Shown here one piece after another: positions 1-10,761 of a stretch of DNA of 64,000 nucleotides; the first letter of the stretch is position 1, and each line of letters opens with the position of its first letter. The notes beneath the pieces were generated by a model. The model saw only the letters and a program-made list of their open reading frames with translations, did no database searches and was not told the origin of the DNA. A program made the position numbers and the translations under genes. Origin of the DNA: Vicinamibacterales bacterium (GTDB lineage Bacteria > Acidobacteriota > Vicinamibacteria > Vicinamibacterales > JAMQPK01); assembly GCA_963762055.1 (NCBI GenBank), contig CAVXJF010000003.1, positions 115,141 to 179,140 of the forward strand, in the 5' to 3' direction.

Positions 1-159
1 TCGAGGAAATGGGGCCGGCGTGCTGTTTGGCAATTCCGCGAAAAAAAGGCACCCAGCGCCTTTTTTCTTTTGATACGATATGGTCGCTTAAGCCGCCAAG
101 TCCGATGTGTTTCGGTGTGCTGCGACCCCGTGCGGGTTTCATGACGAGGTGATCGCTCC

Positions 160-792
160 ATGACTGCTCCAATTCAAATTCAAGAACAGCCCACTGGCCC
201 AACACGACGCGCGTTCATCAAAGGCGTGATCGCCGCAGGTGCTGCGGTGTCCGCATCGAGCTATCTGTTTCGCGGGCCGGAGCGGATCTTCGGCCAGGGC
301 TCGCTGCCCGGCGCCGTCGAACGCCTGATGACGCTGACCGTCAATGGTCAGCAGCGTCCGGTCGACGTGATGAAGCAGGAAACGCTCGCGATGACGCTGC
401 GCTACAAGCTCGGTCTCACCGGGACCAAGCTCGGCTGCGATCGTTCCGAATGCGGCGCCTGCACGGTGCTCATCGACGACGTGCCGCACTATTCGTGTTC
501 GGTCCTCACGCACACGGTGCGGAACAAGAAGGTCGTCACCATCGAAGGCCTCGAGTCGCCCGACGGGAAGCTGCACCCTGTGCAGCAGGCTGTCGTCGAC
601 GAGCAGGGCTTCCAGTGCGCATTCTGCATGCCTGGGTTCGTGATGTCGGCGGTCGGGTTCCTCAAGGCCAACCCGAACCCGACGCGCGAGCAGCTCGCAC
701 ACGGCATTTCCGGCAACCTCTGCCGCTGCGCCGACTACAACAAGATCCTGACGGCGATGATGCGCGGCGCGGAATACATGCGGGGGGCGTAG
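160..792 (+). CDS. Xanthine/aldehyde oxidoreductase family 2x[2Fe-2S] small subunit with Tat signal (PaoA/YagT-like)
   Basis: N-terminal TRRAFIK twin-arginine motif; GTKLGCDRSECGACT and QCAFC...NLCRC cysteine motifs. Confidence 0.92.
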   Translation: MTAPIQIQEQPTGPTRRAFIKGVIAAGAAVSASSYLFRGPERIFGQGSLPGAVERLMTLTVNGQQRPVDVMKQETLAMTLRYKLGLTGTKLGCDRSECGACTVLIDDVPHYSCSVLTHTVRNKKVVTIEGLESPDGKLHPVQQAVVDEQGFQCAFCMPGFVMSAVGFLKANPNPTREQLAHGISGNLCRCADYNKILTAMMRGAEYMRGA

Positions 793-795
793 TCC

Positions 796-3438
796 GTGGC
801 TGACACTACTACTCCGAAGTACAAGCTCGTCGGGCAGAACTACATCCTTCCCGACCTGGTCGCGAAGGTCACCGGCCGCGCGAAATATTCGGAGGATTTC
901 CGCGCCGACGGCATGCTCTTCGCGAAGCTCCTGCTGAGCCCCGTTCCCCACGCGCGCATCCGCCGCATCGATGCGAGCGCGGCGCTGGCGATGCCGGGTG
1001 TGGTCGCCGTGATCACCGGCGACGACATCCCGAAACCGCAGCAGCCGATGCAGCTTGGCGAAGCCGCGGCGCAGCGCGCCAACACGCTTCCTGAAGTTGC
1101 GCTCGCCAGCGAGCCGCTTTATCAGGGCGAACCCATCGCGGCGGTTGCCGCCGTGGACGAACTGACGGCCGCAAACGCGATCGAAAAGCTCAAGGTCGAA
1201 TTCGAGGCGCTGCCGTTTGTCGTCGATCCGATGGTGACGCTTCGCCCGGGCGGGCCGAACCCGCGCGCCGAGGGCAACGTCTGGCGTCCGCCACAGGTCG
1301 CCGAGTACAAGATTCCCGAAGCAGCCGTCGCCGAGCTCAACGAAGGACGCATTCCGCTGCTCGACAAGACGCCAATCTTCTGGGAAGTCGGCAACGTGGA
1401 CGAGGGCTTCAAGAAAGCCGACTACGTGCTCGACGAAACGCTCGTGCACCAGTCCACCGGCCATCAGCCGATGGAGCCGCGCACCGCGATGGCCTACTGG
1501 CAGAACGGCAAGCTGTATCTGCACGGATCCACGCAGTCGGTGGCACGCACCGTTGCCAACGTGGCGCAGTGGGTGGGCATCCCGCAGGAACAGGTGGTCG
1601 TGATCAGCGAATACACCGGCGGCGGATTCGGCGGCAAGATTCCGGGCGCGCAGACGATGGCGATTCCGGCGATTCTGTCGAAGAAGACCGGCCGTCCCGT
1701 GATGATGCGCATCACGCGCGAAGAGGAGAACTACATCGGCCGCGCCCGCGCCGGCATTCACCTGCGCGCGAAAATCGGCTTCCGCAAGGACGGCCGGATC
1801 ACGGCGATGGACTTGTGCGCCATCGGCGACTGCGGTCCGTATTCGAATCAGGGCGACGTCGGCACGATTGGGTCGAATGCGACCGCTCTCTACAATCCCG
1901 AGAGCATCCGCTTCCGCGGCGTCGCGGTCCTCACCAACACGCCTCCGCGCGTGTCTCAGCGCGCGCCAGGCGGCGAGCAGGCTGCCGCGATGCTCGAGCC
2001 GATGATCAGCAAGGCCGGGCGTCATCTCGGCGTCGATCAAGTCGCGATTCGCAAAATCAACGCGCCTGTCAACGGCAGCGAGTTCGGTCCTCCTCCCGCA
2101 GCGCCGGCAGCGGCGCCGCCCGCGGCGGCCGCGGCCGCATCGGGTGGACGCGCGGGAGCGCCGGGCGGACCTCCGGCCGTCGCGCAACCGCAGGCGAGGG
2201 AGCAGGGACGCGCAACCGGTTCCGGACAGCAGGCCGCGGGGCAAGTGCCCGGCCAGCAGCCCGTTGCCGCCGCGGCGCCGCCTGCCGCGCCGCGCCGTTC
2301 GTTTTTCACCAGTTGTTATCTGCGCGAAGCGCTCGACCTCGGCGCGCAGCTGTTCAAATGGGACGAGCGCAAGGCGCGCAACGGGGAGCGCATCGGAACG
2401 AAAGTCACGGGCCTGGGCGTCGGCATCGGCACCTATACGGCCGGATCGATTGCGATGGACGGATTGCTCGTGGTCCGCAATGACGGCAAGGTCTACGTGC
2501 ATTCCGGCATCGGCAATCTCGGCACGGGATCGGTGCACGACTGCTCGCGCATTGTTGCCGAGGAGCTCGGCATTCCGTTCGAACAGGTCGAAACGGTCTG
2601 GGGCAATACGAGCAAACATCTTGCCTGGAGCTCGCCGCAGGCGGGCAGCCAGACGATTCACGCGCACACGCGCGCGAATCTTGCGGCAGCGCAGGATCTG
2701 AAGAAGAAGCTGCAGCAGATCGCCGCGCTCGAGCAGGGCGGACGTCCCGAGAGCTACACCGTCGCAAACGGCCGCGTCGGCCGTCTCACGTTTGCTCAGG
2801 CGGCCGAAGCCGCGATCAAACATGGCGGCAAGTTCGCCGGTCATGAAATGCCTGCCGACATCAACGACATGACGAAGGCGGCGGTGACGGGGCTGGCGGG
2901 GCAGGGACTCATCGGTGTCGCCCGCGACAATTTCGGCCGGAAGGGCAACACGCAAGCGTGGGTTGCCGCGTTCGCCGAAGTCGAAGTGGATGTCGAAACC
3001 GGCGAGTACAGTCTCGTCGACTACGTCGCGGCGACCGACTGCGGCGTCGTGATCAATCCCCGCGGCCTGGCCGGTCAGCTTCATGGCGGCGGCGTGCAGG
3101 GCTTTGGTCAGATTCGCAGTCAGAAGTGGGTATACGACCAGCGTTATGGCGTGTCGCTGGCAAACCGGTTCCATTACAACAAGCCGCCGACAATCCTCGA
3201 CATCCCGCTGCATGAGATGGCATGGGGCGCCGTCGGAATCCCGGATCCGGAAACGCCTGTCGGCGCGAAGGGCATCGGCGAACCCGCCATCTGCGCGGGC
3301 GCGGCCGCGGCTATCTGCGCTGTCAACGCGGCAATCGGCGATGACTACCTGCGCCGCACGCCGGCAACACCAAGCATGATCGTGGCTTCGCTCGATGCCA
3401 AACGACGCATCGATGAAGGCCTCGTGACCCACGTGTAG
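796..3438 (+). CDS. Xanthine dehydrogenase family molybdopterin-binding large subunit
   Basis: AKVTGRAKY, GGGFGGK, RAPG, VAATDCG, GAKGIGEP motifs; Pro/Ala-rich insert. Confidence 0.92.
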   Translation: MADTTTPKYKLVGQNYILPDLVAKVTGRAKYSEDFRADGMLFAKLLLSPVPHARIRRIDASAALAMPGVVAVITGDDIPKPQQPMQLGEAAAQRANTLPEVALASEPLYQGEPIAAVAAVDELTAANAIEKLKVEFEALPFVVDPMVTLRPGGPNPRAEGNVWRPPQVAEYKIPEAAVAELNEGRIPLLDKTPIFWEVGNVDEGFKKADYVLDETLVHQSTGHQPMEPRTAMAYWQNGKLYLHGSTQSVARTVANVAQWVGIPQEQVVVISEYTGGGFGGKIPGAQTMAIPAILSKKTGRPVMMRITREEENYIGRARAGIHLRAKIGFRKDGRITAMDLCAIGDCGPYSNQGDVGTIGSNATALYNPESIRFRGVAVLTNTPPRVSQRAPGGEQAAAMLEPMISKAGRHLGVDQVAIRKINAPVNGSEFGPPPAAPAAAPPAAAAAASGGRAGAPGGPPAVAQPQAREQGRATGSGQQAAGQVPGQQPVAAAAPPAAPRRSFFTSCYLREALDLGAQLFKWDERKARNGERIGTKVTGLGVGIGTYTAGSIAMDGLLVVRNDGKVYVHSGIGNLGTGSVHDCSRIVAEELGIPFEQVETVWGNTSKHLAWSSPQAGSQTIHAHTRANLAAAQDLKKKLQQIAALEQGGRPESYTVANGRVGRLTFAQAAEAAIKHGGKFAGHEMPADINDMTKAAVTGLAGQGLIGVARDNFGRKGNTQAWVAAFAEVEVDVETGEYSLVDYVAATDCGVVINPRGLAGQLHGGGVQGFGQIRSQKWVYDQRYGVSLANRFHYNKPPTILDIPLHEMAWGAVGIPDPETPVGAKGIGEPAICAGAAAAICAVNAAIGDDYLRRTPATPSMIVASLDAKRRIDEGLVTHV

Positions 3439-3451
3439 AGGAGGCTGAGAG

Positions 3452-4462
3452 ATGGCAACGATTCACGATGTAATGCCCGCCTTCGAGCTGTTCCAGCCTG
3501 CGAGCATCGACGATGCCGTGTCGCTGATCGAGCGGCACCGGCGCAGCGTCTGGGTGCTGGCCGGCGGTCTCGATACATTCGACTGGTTGAAGGATCGCAA
3601 CAAGCGGCCGTCTGTCGTCATCGACCTCAGCGGTATCGAAGCGCTGCGGGGCATCAAGACGCTGCCCGACGGCGGACTCGAGATCGGAGCGACCACGACG
3701 CTCACCGAGATCGCCAATCACGCGGTCGTCAAGGAGAAGTTCAAGCTGCTCGCCGATTCGGCCGCGCTCGTCGCGTCGCCGCAGATTCGGAACCAGGGCA
3801 CGCTTGGCGGCAATATCTCGCAGGATACGCGCTGCTGGTACTACCGCAGCGGATGGACGTGCTACAGGGCGGGCGGGAACATCTGCTACGCCGACACGCC
3901 GACGTCCATCAACCGCGAGCACGCACTGTTCGACGCAAACCGCTGCGTGGCGGTAAACCCGTCGGATACGGCGCCGGCGCTCGTTGCGCTCGACGCGCAG
4001 ATGGTCGTTCGGAACTCCGGCGGAGAGCGGGTGGTGCCGGCCGAGGAGTTTTTCATCGGCCCGTCAGTCGACATCATGCGCATGACGGTGATGGAGCCGG
4101 GCGACCTGCTGACGGCTATCCGCATCCCGGCAACATGGGCCGGCGCGAAGTTCTACTTCGAGAAGGTCCGCGACCGGCAGGTATGGGATTTCCCGCTGGT
4201 GAACGTGGCGTCCGCGGTGAAGGTGTCGGGCGGCAACATTCAACAGGCGCGGATCGTGGTGAACGCCGTCGCAGCGCACCCCATGCGTCTGCGTGCGGTC
4301 GAAGACGCCGTCGCCGGCAAGGCACAGAGCGAAGAGACCGCGTCGATGGCGGGTGAGATGGCCGTGGCCGGCGCGCAGCCGCTGGCGCACAACGGCTACA
4401 AGATTCCCTTGATGCGGAACCTGGTGAAGCGGGCCCTCCGGGCGGAGACGAGGACATCATGA
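3452..4462 (+). CDS. Xanthine dehydrogenase family FAD-binding subunit with Cys-rich [4Fe-4S] insert (PaoB/YagS-like)
   Basis: LAGGLD, ASPQIRNQGTLGGN, RCWYYR..C...GG.IC, C.AVNPSD motifs. Confidence 0.92.
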   Translation: MATIHDVMPAFELFQPASIDDAVSLIERHRRSVWVLAGGLDTFDWLKDRNKRPSVVIDLSGIEALRGIKTLPDGGLEIGATTTLTEIANHAVVKEKFKLLADSAALVASPQIRNQGTLGGNISQDTRCWYYRSGWTCYRAGGNICYADTPTSINREHALFDANRCVAVNPSDTAPALVALDAQMVVRNSGGERVVPAEEFFIGPSVDIMRMTVMEPGDLLTAIRIPATWAGAKFYFEKVRDRQVWDFPLVNVASAVKVSGGNIQQARIVVNAVAAHPMRLRAVEDAVAGKAQSEETASMAGEMAVAGAQPLAHNGYKIPLMRNLVKRALRAETRTS

Positions 4463-5298
4463 ACTGGTTTGTCCAGACGGGTGTGAACCCGTGGAGCGAA
4501 GAAATCCTCACGCACGCGCAGTGGAACCTCGTGTACGCGGCGCTGGTGTTCGGCATAGGGTTCATGCTTGCGCACACGCTCTACGTGGCGTTCTGGCCGA
4601 AGCCCGCGGGCGGCCACACCGCTGCGGTCGATCCGGCCCTGGCGGCGCGCGTACCCGCCAAGATCAAGCGCCATTCGTTTGCGGCACGCGCGTTCCATTG
4701 GATCATGGCGGCGTCGATGCTGACGCTGCTCTTTACGTCGTTCGCGCCCATCCTGGGATTCAGGTTCGACTGGGTCCAGATTCACTGGATGGCCGGCATC
4801 GCGCTGACGATCTCGATCATCTATCACATCATCCACGCCAGCTTCTGGCTCGACTTCTGGTCGATCTGGCTGAACAAGGAAGACGTGAACGAGGCGACGA
4901 CCCGCTTCAAGCGCGCGATCGGCGGTCAGGCACCGCCGCCGCGGAAGTCGGCGAAGTATCCGTGGGACAACAAGATGTATCACACGGCCATCGTCCTGTC
5001 GGCGCTGGCTGTGGTGCCCACCGGTCTGTTCATGATGGTGCGCGTTCAGAATCCGCTATTCTCGCGGAACCCGTATATGTTCAGCGACGCCACGTGGGGC
5101 TTCATGTATGTGCTCCATGGGCTCTCGGGTATCGGCCTCGTCGGGCTGACGATTGCGCACATCTACTTCGCGATCCGGCCGGAAAAAATCTGGATCACCA
5201 AAGGCATGATCTTCGGTGACGTCAGCCGCGAAGACTACCTGAAGCACCACGATCCGCAGCGCTGGGTGGTGGATAGCTCCGCGGCGCAAAAGCCGTAG
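4459..5298 (+). CDS. Cytochrome b membrane subunit (FdnI/formate dehydrogenase gamma-like)
   Basis: RH...R.FHW, IHW..G, HG.SG and HIYFA heme-ligand helices; ATGA overlap with the FAD subunit. Confidence 0.8.
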   Translation: MNWFVQTGVNPWSEEILTHAQWNLVYAALVFGIGFMLAHTLYVAFWPKPAGGHTAAVDPALAARVPAKIKRHSFAARAFHWIMAASMLTLLFTSFAPILGFRFDWVQIHWMAGIALTISIIYHIIHASFWLDFWSIWLNKEDVNEATTRFKRAIGGQAPPPRKSAKYPWDNKMYHTAIVLSALAVVPTGLFMMVRVQNPLFSRNPYMFSDATWGFMYVLHGLSGIGLVGLTIAHIYFAIRPEKIWITKGMIFGDVSREDYLKHHDPQRWVVDSSAAQKP

Positions 5299-5308
5299 CT
5301 TCGCTGAT

Positions 5309-5368
5309 AGGGGCGAAGGGCAAGGGGCGAGGGGCAGTTACCCCTTACCCTTTACCCCTTGCCCCTTT
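5309..5368. repeat. Heptamer tandem repeat plus inverted copy (AGGGGCR / CCCCTTR), hairpin-forming
   Basis: aggggcga agggcaa ggggcga ggggca ... cccctta cccttta cccctt gcccctt. Confidence 0.7.
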
Positions 5369-5389
5369 CAGTTTCATTCCCCATTCCAT

Positions 5390-5818
5390 ATGAAAACTGA
5401 GCTAAAGGATCGGTGCGCGCGCATCGAGGAGTCGTACGAGTTCATGCTCGCGTACGCGGCCCAGGGGCTGCGCACGGAGCCTGGCGCGGGCGCAGGATCC
5501 CAAATCAGGACGACGCTTTCGGTGTGCGACAAGGCGCTCGCCGGACTGGCCGAAATCTTCACGCAGATTGTGCGCGAAGACAATCTGCAGCCGGCCGCGG
5601 CGTACGACAGCTTCATCGGCGTCCTCGCGCGCGACGCCTCGGACGCGCAGGCAGCCATTCAACTGGTGCTCGCACAACCGTCCATCAGCTCGCAGATGGT
5701 CGATAACTTGAACGCGTCGATCCACCTGCGCGCGCTGCTGACCGATCTGTTTCTGATCGATGAGATCGTCCGCCCCGAGGGCATCAGCGCCCCCTCGGCA
5801 AACGCGCCTGCGGAATAG
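5390..5818 (+). CDS. Hypothetical protein (helical)
   Basis: 142-aa ORF with host-like codon usage (IEESYEFMLAYAAQG...SIHLRALLTDLFLIDE). Confidence 0.7.
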   Translation: MKTELKDRCARIEESYEFMLAYAAQGLRTEPGAGAGSQIRTTLSVCDKALAGLAEIFTQIVREDNLQPAAAYDSFIGVLARDASDAQAAIQLVLAQPSISSQMVDNLNASIHLRALLTDLFLIDEIVRPEGISAPSANAPAE

Positions 5819-5824
5819 TTTCTA

Positions 5825-5893
5825 AACCACAGAGGACGCAGAGGACACAGAGAAGTCGTCTCAGACTCTGTGCGCTCTGTGTTCTCTGTGGTT
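5825..5893. repeat. 9-mer tandem repeat with inverted copy (CACAGAGGA / CTCTGTG)
   Basis: accacagaggacgcagaggacacagag ... ctctgtgcgctctgtgttctctgtggt. Confidence 0.7.
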
Positions 5894-5906
5894 GTTAGGA
5901 AGAAAC

Positions 5907-7070
5907 ATGCGTGCCTTACGCACCGTTGCTGTGCTCGTTTTCCTCTGTTCGTTGCATCTGTCCGTCCATGCGGATCAGCGAGGCGCGAAACCGGTACCGG
6001 CAAAACCTCCGGCGCCTCCGCAATTCTTCACGACCCCTCTGACGATCGACGACATGCGCAACAAGCAGGCGGTCGTCGAGACCGACGCCGGGACTATCGT
6101 CATCGATCTGCTTCCTGAAGCGGCGCCGAACCGCGTCGGATATTTCATCAAGAACGCGCAGGACGGAGCCTATGTCGGCACGACGTTTCATCGCGTCGTC
6201 CGGCAGGGGATCATCCAGGGCGGCGATCCGCTTACGAAAGATCCCGCCAAGCCGGAGGCTTACGGCACCGGCGGCTTCGGCGCGCTCCGCGCCGAGCGCA
6301 ACGCGGAAAAAAACACCAGGGGCGCGGTGGCGTCGGTGATCGGCGGTGGTAATCCCGACAGCGGCGGCATGCAGTTCTTCATCTCAGTTGCCGATCAGCC
6401 CGGGCTCGACGGGATGTATGACGTATTCGGGCGCGTGAGCGAAGGGATCCTCGTCGCGCAGAAGATTTCGGAGGCGGCTGCCGACGACAAGGGGCGGCCG
6501 AACGAGCGCATTGCCATTCGTTCGGTGTCGATCCGGGACAAGCCTGCCGTGCTCCCCTTGCCGTTTTCCACCGCAACGGCCGCGGAGTTGGGCGCGTATC
6601 GCGCCGCGATCGAGACCAGCATGGGGACCATCACACTCGAGTTCCTGCCGGACAAGGCTCCCGAACACGTGCGCAATTTCCTGCGCCTCGCGCAGGCGGG
6701 CGTCTACGACGGAATGGCGTTTCACCGGGTCGCGAAAGGCTTCGTCATTCAGACCGGCTATCTGCCGTCGCGCAGCGGGCCGCTGTCGGAATCGCAGCAG
6801 CGGCTCGTCCGCAACCTTCAGCCCGAATTCAATGACACGACCCATCAGAAGGGCATTGTCTCGATGGCGCGCGGCGATGACCCGGCCAGCGCCGATACCT
6901 CCTTCTTCATCGTTCTCGGCCCCAGCCCCGTCCTGGACGGCAAATATACGGCCTTCGCACGCGTCGTCGATGGCCTGCCGGTTGTCGATGCCATCGCCAC
7001 CGCGCCCGTCAACGGCGAAACCCCCGTCACACGCATAGACGTCCGCCGCGTGACCGTCGAAAAGCGTTGA
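5907..7070 (+). CDS. Secreted peptidyl-prolyl cis-trans isomerase with two cyclophilin domains
   Basis: Signal peptide; two FHRV...IQ.G / G..S / FFI / Y..F.RV cyclophilin repeats. Confidence 0.88.
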   Translation: MRALRTVAVLVFLCSLHLSVHADQRGAKPVPAKPPAPPQFFTTPLTIDDMRNKQAVVETDAGTIVIDLLPEAAPNRVGYFIKNAQDGAYVGTTFHRVVRQGIIQGGDPLTKDPAKPEAYGTGGFGALRAERNAEKNTRGAVASVIGGGNPDSGGMQFFISVADQPGLDGMYDVFGRVSEGILVAQKISEAAADDKGRPNERIAIRSVSIRDKPAVLPLPFSTATAAELGAYRAAIETSMGTITLEFLPDKAPEHVRNFLRLAQAGVYDGMAFHRVAKGFVIQTGYLPSRSGPLSESQQRLVRNLQPEFNDTTHQKGIVSMARGDDPASADTSFFIVLGPSPVLDGKYTAFARVVDGLPVVDAIATAPVNGETPVTRIDVRRVTVEKR

Positions 7071-7193
7071 TCTTCCAATCTCACCGCAGAGGCGCGGTGA
7101 CGCACCTGACTTGCCTGCTGATACAATAAGAGGTTGTTTGATCTGACACCTCTGCGTCCTAGCGCCTCTGCATCGAGACAAGAACCCTGACAC

Positions 7194-8867
7194 ATGCCGC
7201 AATTTATTTACACGATGAAAGGCCTGGGCAAGGTGTATCCGCCGGATACCCAGGTGCTGCGAGATATCTGGCTGTCGTTCCTGCCAGGCGCGAAGATCGG
7301 CGTGCTCGGCTTGAACGGATCGGGCAAGAGCACGCTATTGAAGATCATGGCTGGCCTCGATCACGATTTCGTGGGCGAAGCCTTTCCGGCTGACGGCATC
7401 AGCGTCGGCTATCTGCCGCAGGAGCCGAAGCTCGATTCGACAAAAACCGTCAAGGACATCGTCGACGAAGGCGTATCCGAAGTCCGGGCGCTGCTCCAGC
7501 GCTTCGACGAGATCAACGAGAAGTTCGCGCAGGATCTATCGCCTGAAGAGATGGACAAGGTACTCGCCGAGCAGGCGCGCGTCCAGGACAAGATCGACGC
7601 GGCCGGCGCGTGGGAGCTCGACTCGAAGCTCGATCTCGCGATGGAAGCGCTTCGGCTACCGCCTCCAGACGTCGAGGTGAAAACGCTGTCCGGCGGCGAG
7701 CGCAGGCGAGTCGCGTTGTGCCGGCTGCTGCTGCAATCGCCCGATCTGCTGCTGCTGGACGAGCCGACCAATCACCTCGATGCCGAGTCGGTGGCATGGC
7801 TCGAGCGGTTCCTGAAGGACTACCAGGGCACTGTGGTCGCGGTCACTCACGATCGCTACTTTCTCGACAACGTCGCGGGCTGGATTCTCGAGCTCGATCG
7901 CGGTTCCGGCATCCCGTGGGAAGGGAACTACTCGTCGTGGCTCGAGCAGAAGCAGAAGCGGCTGCAGCTCGAGGAGAAGACCGAATCCAAACGGCAGCGC
8001 ACCCTCGCCCGCGAGTTGGAGTGGGTTCGCATGGCCCCCCGCGCCCGGCAAGCCAAGGGCAAGGCCCGCTTGAAGGCGTACGAAGAGCTGCTCGGGCAGG
8101 ACACTGCGAAGCAAATCGACAACGTCGAGATTTACATCCAGCCAGGTCCGCGGCTGGGCGACGTCGTCGTCGAGTCGCGCGACCTTCGCAAGGCATACGG
8201 CGACAAACTACTGATCGAAAACCTGAACTTCACGCTGCCGCGAGGCGGGATCGTGGGCGTCATCGGCCCCAACGGCGCCGGCAAGACGACGTTGTTCCGC
8301 ATGATGACGGGGCAGGAGCAACCCGACGGGGGAGTGTTGCGCCTGGGCGAAACCGTAAAACTCGGGCACGTCGACCAGAGCCGCGAGTCGTTGACCGCGA
8401 ACAAGACGGTTCACGACGAGATTAGCGGCGGCGACGACGAGATCGCGCTCGGGAAGCGGACGGTTGCCTCGAGAGCATATGTGTCGTGGTTCAACTTCAA
8501 GGGACGCGATCAGCAGCGCCTCGTGGGAGAGCTCTCCGGCGGTGAACGCAACCGGGTCCATCTCGCGAAGCTGCTACGGAACGGCAGCAACGTGCTGCTG
8601 CTCGACGAGCCCACTAACGACCTCGACGTCGATACGTTGCGCGCGCTCGAGGAGGCGCTTCTGCAGTTCGCGGGGTGCGTCGTCGTCATCAGCCACGATC
8701 GGTGGTTCCTCGATCGCATCGCGACGCACATGCTGGCCTTCGAAGGGGAAAGCCAGGTGGTGTGGTTCGAGGGCAACTACCAGGATTACGAAGCCGACCG
8801 GCACCGGCGCCTGGGCACCGCGGCGGACCAGCCGCACCGCATCAAATACCGGAAGCTGACGCGATGA
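7194..8867 (+). CDS. ettA: Energy-dependent translational throttle protein EttA (ABC-F)
   Basis: MPQFIYTM start, [16 protein letters not shown], two ABC domains, PHRIKYRKL end. Confidence 0.95.
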   Translation: MPQFIYTMKGLGKVYPPDTQVLRDIWLSFLPGAKIGVLGLNGSGKSTLLKIMAGLDHDFVGEAFPADGISVGYLPQEPKLDSTKTVKDIVDEGVSEVRALLQRFDEINEKFAQDLSPEEMDKVLAEQARVQDKIDAAGAWELDSKLDLAMEALRLPPPDVEVKTLSGGERRRVALCRLLLQSPDLLLLDEPTNHLDAESVAWLERFLKDYQGTVVAVTHDRYFLDNVAGWILELDRGSGIPWEGNYSSWLEQKQKRLQLEEKTESKRQRTLARELEWVRMAPRARQAKGKARLKAYEELLGQDTAKQIDNVEIYIQPGPRLGDVVVESRDLRKAYGDKLLIENLNFTLPRGGIVGVIGPNGAGKTTLFRMMTGQEQPDGGVLRLGETVKLGHVDQSRESLTANKTVHDEISGGDDEIALGKRTVASRAYVSWFNFKGRDQQRLVGELSGGERNRVHLAKLLRNGSNVLLLDEPTNDLDVDTLRALEEALLQFAGCVVVISHDRWFLDRIATHMLAFEGESQVVWFEGNYQDYEADRHRRLGTAADQPHRIKYRKLTR

Positions 8868-8903
8868 ACCTGGAAGCTCGCAACGAGCGTCTAAACTAGA
8901 CCG

Positions 8904-10754
8904 GTGCCTGAGCCCAAAAAGCGCAAGACGAACGTCGCGAACGCCTGGGCCGAGGCCCGGGAACTCGTTTGGGCTCATCGCCGCCGCCTCGCGCTCGGGC
9001 TGGGCTTGATGCTCGTAAACCGGTTGGCTGGGCTCGTCCTTCCGGCAACCTCCAAAATCCTCATCGACGACGTCATCGGCAGAGGGCGTGCAGACCTCCT
9101 GACGCCGCTGGCGCTCGCCGCGGCAGGCGCGACGCTCGTCGATGCCGCGACTGCGTTTGCGCTTTCGCAGGTGCTGGGCGTTGCGGCGCAGCGCGCAATC
9201 GCGAACATGCGCATGAGCATGCAGCGGCACATCCTGCGCCTGCCCACGAGCTATTTCGATTCGACGCAGACGGGCGTGCTCATCTCGCGCGTCATGAACG
9301 ACGCCGACGGCATTCGCAACCTTGTCGGTTCCGGCCTCGTGCAGCTGGTCGGCGGATCTATCACAGCCGTCATTGCGCTCGGCGTGCTCTTCTATCTCAA
9401 CTGGCAGCTCACGCTGATGAGCATCGTCGTACTCGCGGCGTTTGCGATCGGGATGGTCGTCGCGTTCGGCAAGCTCCGCCCGCTGTTCCGCGAACGCGGC
9501 CGGATTACCGCCGACGTCTCCGGGCGTCTTGCCGAGTCGTTCGGCGGCATCCGCATCGTCAAGGCCTATATTGCAGAAGAGCGCGAAGACCGCGTCTTCG
9601 AGTCGGGTGTGATGAACCTGTTCTCGAACGTGCGGAAGACGTTGACCGGCATTTCGGCGGTGACGTCGTTTGGCGGCGTCGTCATCGGCGCGATTGGCGT
9701 CGTGATGATGGTCGTCGGGGGACGCGCGATTCTCGCAGGGACGATGACGCTCGGCGACTTCGTCATGTATATCTTCTTCGTCGGCATGCTGGCGGCGCCG
9801 CTGATTCAGATGTCGTCGATCGGTACGCAGCTCTCCGAGGCTCTGGCGGGGCTCGACCGCATGCGTGAGATCAGGGGGATGGCCACCGAAGACGACGAAG
9901 ACGCGTCGCGCGAGCCGCTGGGCGTGCTCAAAGGCGACGTCGTCTTCGACAACGTGTCGTTCGAATACGACGCAGGCGTGCCGGTTCTCAAGGGCGTATC
10001 GTTCGCCGCCGCCGCTGGTACCACGACCGCGTTGGTAGGCTCGAGCGGATCAGGCAAAAGTACGTTGATAAGCCTGGTGATGGCGTTCAACCATCCACGT
10101 TCCGGGCGAGTACTCGTCGACGGCCGCGACCTCGCCGGGGTCCGCCTGCGCGACTACCGTTCGCAGCTTGGCGTCGTCCTCCAGGACAACTTCATGTTCG
10201 ACGGCACCGTGGCCGAGAACATCAGGTTTTCGAGGCCTGCTGCGACCATGGACGAGGTGAAGGCGGTGAGCCGCATCGCCCACTGCGACGAGTTTGTCGA
10301 GCAGTTCCCGAACAAATACGAGACCATCGTGGGCGAGCGCGGCGTCAAGCTGTCAGGCGGCCAGCGGCAGCGCGTGGCGATAGCCCGCGCCATTCTGGCG
10401 GATCCGCGAGTACTGATCCTCGACGAGGCTACGTCGAGCCTCGACAGCGAGAGCGAAGCGTTGATCCAGGACGGCCTGCATGCGCTCCGGGTGGGGCGTA
10501 CGACATTTGTCATCGCCCATCGTTTGTCCACCATTCGCAGCGCCGACCAGATCCTCGTGCTCGAAGGGGGCATCATCGTCGAGCGAGGCACTCACGAGGA
10601 TCTGCTGGCCGTAAGCGGCCGGTATAGGCAGCTGCACGACAAGCAATATAAGATCGAGAAGGATCGATTCGTGAATCCGGGCGAAGATTTCACCCCGGAT
10701 CTGCCCAAAGCCGCACCTGAACCGGCGGGCGCGGGCCGCCGGTCGGCGTTGTGA
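8904..10754 (+). CDS. ABC exporter, fused permease/ATPase (MsbA-like family)
   Basis: Six TM segments, GSSGSGKST, LSGGQRQR, LILDEATS, IAHRLST. Confidence 0.92.
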   Translation: MPEPKKRKTNVANAWAEARELVWAHRRRLALGLGLMLVNRLAGLVLPATSKILIDDVIGRGRADLLTPLALAAAGATLVDAATAFALSQVLGVAAQRAIANMRMSMQRHILRLPTSYFDSTQTGVLISRVMNDADGIRNLVGSGLVQLVGGSITAVIALGVLFYLNWQLTLMSIVVLAAFAIGMVVAFGKLRPLFRERGRITADVSGRLAESFGGIRIVKAYIAEEREDRVFESGVMNLFSNVRKTLTGISAVTSFGGVVIGAIGVVMMVVGGRAILAGTMTLGDFVMYIFFVGMLAAPLIQMSSIGTQLSEALAGLDRMREIRGMATEDDEDASREPLGVLKGDVVFDNVSFEYDAGVPVLKGVSFAAAAGTTTALVGSSGSGKSTLISLVMAFNHPRSGRVLVDGRDLAGVRLRDYRSQLGVVLQDNFMFDGTVAENIRFSRPAATMDEVKAVSRIAHCDEFVEQFPNKYETIVGERGVKLSGGQRQRVAIARAILADPRVLILDEATSSLDSESEALIQDGLHALRVGRTTFVIAHRLSTIRSADQILVLEGGIIVERGTHEDLLAVSGRYRQLHDKQYKIEKDRFVNPGEDFTPDLPKAAPEPAGAGRRSAL

Positions 10755-10761
10755 GACATCT

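Noticed and set aside
139-3432. 1097-aa minus-strand ORF (and similar long antisense ORFs such as 50645-51967 and 53445-54788)
   Set aside because: Shadow frames of high-GC genes on the opposite strand; no recognisable motifs.
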